A DNA stretch of 64,000 nt. Origin: Pseudomonadota bacterium (GTDB lineage Bacteria > Pseudomonadota > Gammaproteobacteria > Burkholderiales > Thiobacillaceae). This document shows positions 46,972-54,293 of the stretch, piece by piece. Where the stretch lies: assembly GCA_030653935.1 (NCBI GenBank), contig JAURYL010000018.1, forward strand, positions 79,268 to 143,267, written 5' to 3'. Position 1 is the stretch's first letter. Each line of letters starts with the position of its first letter. The position numbers were made by a program, and so were the translations under genes. Under the pieces are notes generated by a model. It saw only the letters and a list, made by a program, of their open reading frames with translations, searched no databases and was not told the origin of the DNA.

Positions 46972-48255
46972 TCAATCGTCCGCCGGATTCAACCGGGGCA
47001 GGGTTTCTTCGGAGAACAGGGCAACCAGCAGGCCGGAGACGAACATCGCCCCACCCACCAGCCAGAAGGTGATTTCAAGACTGCCGCTGACGGCGGCGGC
47101 GACGCCCAGTAGCAAGGCGCCGACGGCATAGCCGAAATCGCGCCAGAAGCGGTAGATGCCGATGGCGGAGCCGCGCCAGTCCGGGTGGGCGATGTCGGCC
47201 ACCGACGCCGAGAGGGTGGGATAGAGCAACGCCATGCCGAAGCCCGACAACGTCGCCGCCAGGGCCAGGCCGGTGGTCGAATCCAGCAAGGGCATGACGG
47301 CGACGCCGCCGCCGCACAGCCACATGCCCAGGATGATGGGCTTGAGGCGGCCGATGCGGTCGGACAGGCGGCCGGTGAAGAATTGCGAGACGCCCCAGGT
47401 GATGCCATAGGCGCCCACCAGCCAGCCGATCTCGGTCAGCGGCACGCCGCGCTGGAACAGCCAGACCGGGAAAATCACCCACATCCAGGCATCGACGAAC
47501 TTTTCTACCAGGCCGGCCTGGCTGATGGCGGCCAGGCGTTTATCGCGCCAGGACATGAGGGTGAACATTTCCCAGGTGCCGGGCTGGGTCGAAACATTCT
47601 TCGGGTAGCGCGCCTTGGGTGCGCTGGAAGTCGCGTGCTGCTTCGCCTCCAGCCGCGCCCAGGGCAGGGTTTCCTCGACCCACAGGAGGGTGGCGAGTCC
47701 GGCCGCGCCGACGGAGGCGAGGCCGAACCACAACAGGCCGGCGCGCGCGCCCAGGTGCTCGGCCAGGTAGGCGGTGATGATGCCCGCCACCGCCACGCCG
47801 ACATAGCCGGAGAACTCGTTGACGCCGATGGCGAAGCCGCGTTGGTCGCTGCGTGCCAGGTCGAGCTTGGAAGTCTGCGTCATCGACCAGGTAAAGCCCT
47901 GGTTGACGCCCAGCAACACCGTGGCGGCGACGATCCAGCCCCAGGACGGCGCGAAATAGATCATCAGGGGAATCGGCACGGCGGTCAGCCAGCCCCAGAA
48001 CAGCACGCGCTTGCGGCCGAGCCGCTCGGACAGTCGCCCGGCGACGAAGTTGAGCGACCCTTTCACCACCCCGAAGGCGACCACGAAGCTGGTCAGCAAC
48101 AGGAAGGAGCCGCGCGGCACGCCGAATTCCGTCTCGGACAAAGCCGGCACCACGGTGCGCATCATGCCCAGCGTCAGACCGACGAAGAACACCTGGATGA
48201 CCTGGTGGGCGAATTGGGCGAAGTTGTCGCGGATACCGTGGGTGAGGGGATTCAT
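46972..48255 (-). CDS. MFS transporter
   Basis: 427 aa with 12 predicted TM segments and the MFS loop GRLSERLGRKRV. Confidence 0.85.
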   Translation of the reverse strand: MNPLTHGIRDNFAQFAHQVIQVFFVGLTLGMMRTVVPALSETEFGVPRGSFLLLTSFVVAFGVVKGSLNFVAGRLSERLGRKRVLFWGWLTAVPIPLMIYFAPSWGWIVAATVLLGVNQGFTWSMTQTSKLDLARSDQRGFAIGVNEFSGYVGVAVAGIITAYLAEHLGARAGLLWFGLASVGAAGLATLLWVEETLPWARLEAKQHATSSAPKARYPKNVSTQPGTWEMFTLMSWRDKRLAAISQAGLVEKFVDAWMWVIFPVWLFQRGVPLTEIGWLVGAYGITWGVSQFFTGRLSDRIGRLKPIILGMWLCGGGVAVMPLLDSTTGLALAATLSGFGMALLYPTLSASVADIAHPDWRGSAIGIYRFWRDFGYAVGALLLGVAAAVSGSLEITFWLVGGAMFVSGLLVALFSEETLPRLNPADD

Positions 48256-48258
48256 GCT

Positions 48259-48364
48259 TTTCTTCCCCCTTTAAAAAAGGGGGATCGAGGGGGATTTAGC
48301 GACGTTGGCCGTTGGAAAGTACGGAGAAATCCCCCCTGTCCCCCCTTTTGCAAAGGGGGGAACG
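48259..48364. repeat. REP pair of the CCCCCTTTnnAAAGGGGG / GAGGGGGATTT family
   Basis: ttccccctttaaaaaagggggatcgagggggattt ... gaaatcccccctgtccccccttttgcaaagggggg. Confidence 0.65.
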
Positions 48365-48384
48365 CCCGGTCAAGCCGCTGCGGC

Positions 48385-49149
48385 TCAGCCATGGTCCAGG
48401 CCCAGATTCGCCTGCACCATCCGATCCATCTCTGCCGGTCGCGGCGGAATTTCCTTAGTCAGCGCTTCGACGAAGGCGGCGCGATCCAGCGACAGCATCG
48501 GGTTCCAGCGCCTCTCGAAGCCGAGCGTCGAGCCGGGTTTGCCGGAGATGCCGGCGCCGCAGACGCTGCCGGCGACGTGGCCGGCGTAGAGCTCCATTTC
48601 ATTGGGCAGGGTCAGCAGCTTGGCATGCAGGCTGTCCCAGATTTGCCCGGCCATTTCCATGGATGTTGCCATCCCCCTGCCGGCCAGGTCGGGCCGCCCC
48701 ACCGCGCCGACGAACAGGGTGTCGCCAGTCACCACGAACCAGGGGGCGGCGGCTTCCTCACCCATGCGGCGCTTGTCGGTCACCAGCAGGCAGATCGAAT
48801 CCGGCGTGTGGCCGGGCGTGTGCAGCACGTCGATATAGACGTTGCCGACGTCGATGCGCTGGCCATCTTGCAGCGGCTCGAAGGGGAAATTCACCCGCCC
48901 GACGTTGGACTCGTGCAGGCAATAGACGCCACCGCACTTCTCCGCCAGCGCACGACCGCCCGAGTAATGGTCGGCATGCACATGGGTGTCGATGACATGG
49001 GTGATCTTCACGTCCTGCTTCGCGGCCTCGGCCAGGAACCAGTCCTCGTCGCCCAGCACCGGGTCGACGGCGACGGCGACATGGCAGGAGCCGCAGCCGA
49101 ACAGGTAGGAAAGCGTGGCCTCGCGGGCGGCCAGTTGTCTGAAAAACAT
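48385..49149 (-). CDS. MBL-fold metallo-hydrolase (persulfide dioxygenase / Blh-like)
   Basis: The HxHxDH motif is THVHADH, and TPGHTPDS is present. 254 aa. Confidence 0.8.
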   Translation of the reverse strand: MFFRQLAAREATLSYLFGCGSCHVAVAVDPVLGDEDWFLAEAAKQDVKITHVIDTHVHADHYSGGRALAEKCGGVYCLHESNVGRVNFPFEPLQDGQRIDVGNVYIDVLHTPGHTPDSICLLVTDKRRMGEEAAAPWFVVTGDTLFVGAVGRPDLAGRGMATSMEMAGQIWDSLHAKLLTLPNEMELYAGHVAGSVCGAGISGKPGSTLGFERRWNPMLSLDRAAFVEALTKEIPPRPAEMDRMVQANLGLDHG

Positions 49150-49207
49150 GGGGGTTTCCTCTTCAGAAAATCAGAGCCTGGAAAGGCAAAACCTTCTCGG
49201 CCCGGTA

Positions 49208-49282
49208 GGGTAGGTTGGGCAAAGCGCAGCGTGCCCAACATTGAGACGGTTCGTTGGGCACGCTGCGCTTTGCCCAACCTAC
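49208..49282. repeat. palindromic REP (GTAGGTTGGGCAAAGCGCAGCGTGCCCAAC family), copy 1 of 4
   Basis: gggtaggttgggcaaagcgcagcgtgcccaaca...gttgggcacgctgcgctttgcccaacctac. Confidence 0.75.
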
Positions 49283-49287
49283 GTCCC

Positions 49288-49641
49288 TCAGAATGTCAGG
49301 ACCTTGTCGGCCCAGTTGGTCCAGTACGCCAACTTCTCGATCGCGCCGCGCTGGGTGCCGGAAATGAGTTCCTCGTCCGACATGCCGCGCGCGTCCATGC
49401 AAACCCCGCAGACGTCCACCCGCTCAGGCGCCAGCCGGATGATCTTGTTGAGCATGACTTGCAGGTTGTAGAAGCCGCCCGGCGGTTTTTGCCCGCGCTT
49501 GGCCACGAAAACGGCATCGCCCATCAGGAACAGGCGGATTTCCTGCTCCGGTTCGTGAGCCAGGGCGTTGGCGAGGCGCAATGCGTTATAGGGGCGTTCC
49601 GCGCCGTAGGGCGCGTCGTTGAGGATGAACAGGGTTCTCAT
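49288..49641 (-). CDS. DsrE-family protein, YchN-like
   Basis: FILNDAPYGAERPYNALRLA...FLMGDAV...GFYN...ML...CGVCMDARG...WTNWADKVLTF resembles YchN along its whole length. Confidence 0.85.
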   Translation of the reverse strand: MRTLFILNDAPYGAERPYNALRLANALAHEPEQEIRLFLMGDAVFVAKRGQKPPGGFYNLQVMLNKIIRLAPERVDVCGVCMDARGMSDEELISGTQRGAIEKLAYWTNWADKVLTF

Positions 49642-49660
49642 GGCGAGCCTCCCGGTCGGG

Positions 49661-50011
49661 TCAGAAATTCAGGATCCGGTCGGACCAGAGGGTCCAGTCG
49701 GTGAGTTCTTCCAGCGTGCCTTTGTGCACGCCCTCGGCCAGCATGTCCGGGGTCATGCCGCGCGCCTCCATGCAGGTGCCGCAAGTGGCCACCTGGCCGT
49801 GGCGCAATACCGGCTTCAACATGCGTTCGACATTGTAGTAACCCTGCGGGGTGATCTGGCCGGACTTGGCGCACATCACCGAATCGCCCATCAGGAAGAC
49901 GCGGACCTCCACGCCCTCCTTCCTCGCCAGTGAATCCGCCAGGCGCAGGCCGTTGTAGCTGCGTTCGGAACCGTAAGGGGCGTCATTCAAGATGATCACA
50001 ATGCGGTACAT
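49661..50011 (-). CDS. DsrE-family protein, YchN-like (tandem paralog)
   Basis: IILNDAPYGSERSYNGLRLA...FLMGDSV...CGTCMEARG...WTLWSDRILNF. Confidence 0.85.
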   Translation of the reverse strand: MYRIVIILNDAPYGSERSYNGLRLADSLARKEGVEVRVFLMGDSVMCAKSGQITPQGYYNVERMLKPVLRHGQVATCGTCMEARGMTPDMLAEGVHKGTLEELTDWTLWSDRILNF

Positions 50012-50109
50012 TTTTTTCTCCTTCTTGTGAGTTGCCGGCTCGGATTTCCTCTCGAAGCGGCAGCCAGGGCTCGTTTCCCATCTGCTATCCGAGGCGAATA
50101 ATGATATAG

Positions 50110-50137
50110 ATCAATTAATCAAACGATGGCTTGAATA
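50110..50137. promoter_or_regulatory. operator-like motif ATCAATTAATCAA-N8-TTGAATA in the divergent ychN-like / arsR-rhodanese spacer
   Basis: The reverse complement of 51112-51139 matches at 12/13 + 7/7 positions with identical 8-nt spacing. The site lies in the only AT-rich stretch of the spacer. Confidence 0.45.
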
Positions 50138-50206
50138 TACCAATCAATCAGCTGGGTTGCCATGTATCCGGCCTTCATTCGGCCCATTTCCGGGATAATC
50201 CGGCCC

Positions 50207-50872
50207 ATGAGCCCCAAGAAAAAACTGTTCGAGCAATTCGCCCGTGTCGCCAAGTCGCTGGCCAGCCCGAATCGCCTGGAACTGCTGGAGACGATGGCCC
50301 AGGGCGAGAAAAGCGTGGATGCCCTGGCGCAGGCCACCGGCATGTCGGTCGCCAACACCTCGCATCACCTCCAGATCCTGCGCGATTCCGGCCTGGCCGA
50401 ATCCCGCAAGGAAGGCTTGCAGGTGATTTACCGCCTTTCGGATGACCAGATTCCGACCTTGTTGGGCTGCATCAGCCGTATCGCGGAGAAACATCTGGCC
50501 GAGGTGGAGCGCATCGTGCGCGAACACTTCGATCCCCGCGATTCGCTGACCCCGGTGGGGCGCGATGAATTGCTGGCCCGGGTCAAACTGGGTGAAACGA
50601 TGGTCATCGACGTGCGACCCGCCGTGGAGTATCAGGCCGGCCACATCCCCGGCGCGGTCAACATCCCGGTGGATGAACTGCCCCTGCACCTGGATTCTTT
50701 TCCGCACGGGCAGGAAATCGTCGCCTATTGCCGTGGCCCTTACTGCATGTTGGCCTTTGATGCCGTGGCGAAGCTGCGCGAAGCCGGATTTCAGGCACGT
50801 CGTCTCGAAGACGGCTTTCCCGAATGGAAGGCTGAAAGCCGGCCCGTCGAGAGCGGATCGCAGCATTCGTAG
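50207..50872 (+). CDS. ArsR/SmtB-family transcriptional regulator fused to a C-terminal rhodanese domain
   Basis: The wHTH is LASPNRLELLETMAQGEKSVDALAQATGMSVANTSHHLQILRDSGL. The rhodanese part is VIDVRP..EY.AGHIPGAVNIP...YCRGPYC. Confidence 0.85.
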   Translation: MSPKKKLFEQFARVAKSLASPNRLELLETMAQGEKSVDALAQATGMSVANTSHHLQILRDSGLAESRKEGLQVIYRLSDDQIPTLLGCISRIAEKHLAEVERIVREHFDPRDSLTPVGRDELLARVKLGETMVIDVRPAVEYQAGHIPGAVNIPVDELPLHLDSFPHGQEIVAYCRGPYCMLAFDAVAKLREAGFQARRLEDGFPEWKAESRPVESGSQHS

Positions 50873-50896
50873 GTGTCACCCGCTGGGTGAGTAGAC

Positions 50897-50969
50897 GTAG
50901 GTTGGGCAAAGCGCAGCGTGCCCAACATGGCGATGGGTTGTTGGGCACGCTGCGCTTTGCCCAACCTAC
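50897..50969. repeat. palindromic REP (GTAGGTTGGGCAAAGCGCAGCGTGCCCAAC family), copy 2
   Basis: gtaggttgggcaaagcgcagcgtgcccaaca...gttgggcacgctgcgctttgcccaacctac. Confidence 0.75.
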
Positions 50970-51085
50970 ACTTCTACGGCTTCAACTGCTGGATTTAGGA
51001 TGATTTCAACAGCCTACGCGCTCAGCCCCTGATTCATCGGCATCACACGCCGGCATAAGCGTTTCCACCCCCGCAAAATTAATTG

Positions 51086-51114
51086 TTGACAGAAGTTCTT
51101 GTCGTTCCCACTAT
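51086..51114 (+). promoter_or_regulatory. sigma70-like promoter candidate for the tauE-like gene
   Basis: TTGACA (51086-51091), a 17-nt spacer, then CACTAT (51109-51114). The -10 overlaps the operator-like motif. Confidence 0.35.
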
Positions 51115-51139
51115 TCAAGTATTCTCTTGATTAGTTGAT
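51112..51139. promoter_or_regulatory. operator-like motif TATTCAA-N8-TTGATTAGTTGAT (second copy)
   Basis: See 50110-50137. This copy ends 11 nt before the ATG at 51150. Confidence 0.45.
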
Positions 51140-51149
51140 TTGGGGCGAT

Positions 51150-51941
51150 ATGGACGTATTCGCAATCCTGGCCGGGCTGGCTACCGGCATGGTGTTGGGC
51201 CTCTTCGGCAGCGGCGGTTCCATCATCGCGCTGCCGGCGCTCATGTATCTGCTGCACGTCGAACCGAAATCGGCCATCGCCATGAGCCTGGGCGTGGTGG
51301 CGGTGACCGCCACCGTGTCCGGCTTGCATAACTGGCGCAAGGGCCTGGTTGATGTGCGGGTTGCTCTGGTATTTGGTCTGTTCGGCGTGGCGGGCACCTT
51401 CGCCGGCGCGCGCCTGGGGCTGCTGACGCCGGTGGTGATCCAGTTGGGCCTGTTCGCCCTGGTGATGTACGCCGCCGCCTGGCGCATGTTGAAGCCGGTC
51501 AAGATAGTGGCTCCGGCGGCGGGCGGGGTGGTCAGCGCCGGAGGGGGTACGGCGGCCCTGGGCGACGGTTTCATCCCTCCCCACCTGGGCCACATCGCCC
51601 TGCACGGCATCGGCGTCGGTGTACTGACTGGCCTGGTCGGCGTCGGCGGCGGCTTTCTGATCGTGCCGGCGCTGGTGCTGCTCTCCGGCATTCCGATGAA
51701 GACAGCGGTGGGCACCTCGTTGGTCATCGTCGCCGCCAAGTCCTACGCCGGCTTTATCGGCTACATGGGCGGCGTGCCGATTGACTGGATGGTGATGGCC
51801 AGCTTCACCGTGGTCACGGTGTTGGGCAGTTTCCTCGGCTCGCATTTCGCCAACCGCATTTCCCAGGCCATGCTGAAGAAGGCATTCGCCTGGTTCCTGG
51901 TGGTGGTAGCCACCTACATCATGTTCAAGAGCGTTCTCTAG
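51150..51941 (+). CDS. TauE/SafE (DUF81) family sulfite/anion exporter, second copy in window
   Basis: [35 protein letters not shown]... and the internal repeat [15 protein letters not shown]. Confidence 0.8.
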   Translation: MDVFAILAGLATGMVLGLFGSGGSIIALPALMYLLHVEPKSAIAMSLGVVAVTATVSGLHNWRKGLVDVRVALVFGLFGVAGTFAGARLGLLTPVVIQLGLFALVMYAAAWRMLKPVKIVAPAAGGVVSAGGGTAALGDGFIPPHLGHIALHGIGVGVLTGLVGVGGGFLIVPALVLLSGIPMKTAVGTSLVIVAAKSYAGFIGYMGGVPIDWMVMASFTVVTVLGSFLGSHFANRISQAMLKKAFAWFLVVVATYIMFKSVL

Positions 51942-51951
51942 GAGAAATGCC

Positions 51952-52368
51952 ATGAATCGACTCGTCCGTATTCTTACTCTCGCGCTGCTGGCCGTGCCGG
52001 CCTTCGCGGGGCCTCCCGGCAACACGCTGATCGAAGGCCAGAAAGTGCTCACCCTGGTGGTGCGCGAACCGCCCGCCCTGCGCTGCAACAACAACATGCA
52101 GATCGCGGCGGAGTTGAACAATCTCTACAAGCTCCCCATCGTCGTCCTGCCGGCCAGCCTGGCGCCCTGGTCCAAGGCGCCCGCCGTGTATTACGGCGAG
52201 CAGTTGATTGCCGAGGACACCGGCGATTTCAACGGCATGGTGGGCCTCGCCCAGATGGTCGATGTCATCGAGATCGAGGGCGCGCCCAAGCAAGAACGCG
52301 GCGGACGCCTGACCGAAGTGAAGAAAGAGCACGAGGCGCTCAAGGCCGCCATCAAGGGAAGCAACTGA
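51952..52368 (+). CDS. exported hypothetical protein
   Basis: Signal peptide MNRLVRILTLALLAVPAFA. No recognisable motif. Tightly packed between tauE and the next ORF. Confidence 0.5.
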   Translation: MNRLVRILTLALLAVPAFAGPPGNTLIEGQKVLTLVVREPPALRCNNNMQIAAELNNLYKLPIVVLPASLAPWSKAPAVYYGEQLIAEDTGDFNGMVGLAQMVDVIEIEGAPKQERGGRLTEVKKEHEALKAAIKGSN

Positions 52369-52369
52369 G

Positions 52370-52705
52370 ATGCGCCGCCTGCTCTGCGTGGCCCTGCTGT
52401 TCGCACCGCCACCTCTGGCCGCCGCCTGGGAGGGCTGGATCGTCGGTGAACCGTGCGCGGCGCGCTTGCAGGTGGCCGATTGCCCGTTGCGCCACATAGA
52501 CCGCCCCGTCCTGCTTCTGGAAGACGGCCGCAAGCTGGCCTTTCTCCACGGCGAGGGGAAAAGCATTGCGCTCGACGCGCTGGACAAGGCCTATGGCAAG
52601 AAGGTGCGCCTGATTGGCGAGATCCGCAACGGCGTGCTGCATCCGGTCCGGCTGGAGACGCTGGAAGTGACGGGCGAGCGCAAATTCTTCAAGGGTTGCC
52701 TGTGA
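52370..52705 (+). CDS. exported hypothetical protein with Cys pair and C-terminal Cys
   Basis: Signal-like N-terminus, CAARLQVADC, and the C-terminus ends ...FFKGCL. The stop overlaps the tlpA-like GTG start. Confidence 0.5.
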   Translation: MRRLLCVALLFAPPPLAAAWEGWIVGEPCAARLQVADCPLRHIDRPVLLLEDGRKLAFLHGEGKSIALDALDKAYGKKVRLIGEIRNGVLHPVRLETLEVTGERKFFKGCL

Positions 52706-53262
52706 ACCGAGGCACGGTGGCCGCATTCGTGGCCTGCCTTGCCCTTCTGACGGGCAGCGCCGCAGCCGAATCGGCGTTCGCCGATCTTGCCCGCGCGGCC
52801 GGCATGGAGGCCTACGCCGTGCCGCTCAAGGCGCCGAATTTCGAACTTCGCGTCCTGGCCGGCGAGAGAGAGACCCAAACCCGGACCAAACGCGACTACC
52901 GGGGCCGGGTGGTGCTGCTCAACTTCTGGGCGAGCTGGTGCCCGCCCTGCCGCGAGGAGTTCCCTTCCCTGGAGCGGCTGCAACAGGCTCTGGGTGGACG
53001 TGACTTCACCGTGCTGGCCATCGCCGTGGCGGACAGTGAGACGGCGGTGGGCCATTTTCTGGAGGGGCGCCGACCGGCCTTCGATGTGCTACTGGACGAC
53101 GACCGCAAGACCGCCGGCGACTACCGCAGCCCCGGCGTTCCGGTGACTTATCTGCTCGACCGCCAGGGCCGCATGCTGGCCGGCAAGACCGGACCACGGC
53201 AGTGGGACGGACCGGAAATGCAAGCGCTGATCCGGGCAGCGATCCGGGCCGGCCAGTGGTGA
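52702..53262 (+). CDS. TlpA/ResA-like periplasmic thiol:disulfide oxidoreductase
   Basis: GTG 52702. Signal/anchor, then VVLLNFWASWCPPCREEFP (CxxC thioredoxin motif). Confidence 0.85.
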   Translation: MNRGTVAAFVACLALLTGSAAAESAFADLARAAGMEAYAVPLKAPNFELRVLAGERETQTRTKRDYRGRVVLLNFWASWCPPCREEFPSLERLQQALGGRDFTVLAIAVADSETAVGHFLEGRRPAFDVLLDDDRKTAGDYRSPGVPVTYLLDRQGRMLAGKTGPRQWDGPEMQALIRAAIRAGQW

Positions 53263-53280
53263 ACCAAGGAGGAGAGTGAC

Positions 53281-53354
53281 GTAGGTTGGGCAAAGCGAAG
53301 CGTGCCCAACGGAACCGCCGCGATGTTGGGCACGCTTCGCTTTGCCCAACCTAC
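53281..53354. repeat. palindromic REP (GTAGGTTGGGCAAAGCGCAGCGTGCCCAAC family), copy 3
   Basis: gtaggttgggcaaagcgaagcgtgcccaac...gttgggcacgcttcgctttgcccaacctac. Confidence 0.75.
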
Positions 53355-53423
53355 GGCTACGGTTGCTGGAAGACTCTACGGAATCAATAGGTTGCAGGGC
53401 GTTTTTAAAGAGGAGAGACGAAG

Positions 53424-54290
53424 ATGCGACAGTTCTTGTTATTGATCGTGGGGTTCTGGGCCACCCAGGCCATGGCGGGGGCCTCGTTCCTGGTCTCCAC
53501 CGGCGAATTGGCCACTGAGTTGGCGCAAGGCCGGGTGCGGCTGGTGGACGCCGAGAACGCGGAAAACTACGCCCGCGCCCATCTTGCCGGCGCGCTGAAC
53601 CTGCCTTACCTGGACCTGGAGGATGCCGAGGAGAACGCCAAGACCGGCCTGCCCATCTTTCCCCGCCTGGCCGCGTCGAAGTTCGAGGCATTGGGCATCG
53701 CCCGCGACACCCCGGTGGTGGTGTACGACTCCGGCAACGGGCGCGGCGCCTCGGCGGTGCGCTACATCCTGCGCTTCCTGGGCCACCCGGACGCGCGCAT
53801 CCTGGACGGCGGTTTCCGCAAATGGCTGAAGGAAGGCCGGCCGGTCACCCAGGCGGTTCCCCAGCCCGCGAAGGCCACCTATCTTGCCCAACCGAACCTG
53901 GACTGGGCCTTGAAAACCGAGGCCTTGAAAACCGACGCCCTCAAGGGCCGCAACGCCTTGATCCTGGATGCCCGCTCCATCGCCGAATACGCCGGCAAGG
54001 ATGCCGGCGGCGCCCGCCAGGCCGGCCATATTCCCGGCGCGAAAAGCTTGCCCTGGACCCTGCTCGCGGGCGAGCTCGACACCTTCAAGTCGCCGGAGGA
54101 AATGCGCCGTGTGCTGCTGGAGGCGGGCGTCACCCCGGACCGGGAGATCGTCACCTACTGCAATCCCGGCATCGGACGTTCCACCTTCCTGTCGATGGCG
54201 CTGGAGAGCCTCGGCTACGACAAGGTGAAGGTCTACCCCGGCTCCTGGATCGAATGGGCTGCCGACCCGATTCGGCCGATCGAGAGGTAA
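53424..54290 (+). CDS. periplasmic tandem-rhodanese sulfurtransferase (SseA/thiosulfate sulfurtransferase-like)
   Basis: Signal peptide MRQFLLLIVGFWATQAMA. Two rhodanese repeats are present, the second with GHIPGA and active-site loop YCNPGIGRS. Confidence 0.85.
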   Translation: MRQFLLLIVGFWATQAMAGASFLVSTGELATELAQGRVRLVDAENAENYARAHLAGALNLPYLDLEDAEENAKTGLPIFPRLAASKFEALGIARDTPVVVYDSGNGRGASAVRYILRFLGHPDARILDGGFRKWLKEGRPVTQAVPQPAKATYLAQPNLDWALKTEALKTDALKGRNALILDARSIAEYAGKDAGGARQAGHIPGAKSLPWTLLAGELDTFKSPEEMRRVLLEAGVTPDREIVTYCNPGIGRSTFLSMALESLGYDKVKVYPGSWIEWAADPIRPIER

Positions 54291-54293
54291 GCC

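Noticed and set aside
47185-49704. 839-aa plus-strand ORF across the MFS, MBL and ychN-like genes
   Set aside because: It runs through two REP-filled intergenic regions and opposes three minus-strand genes that have clear family motifs. It is a compositional artefact.
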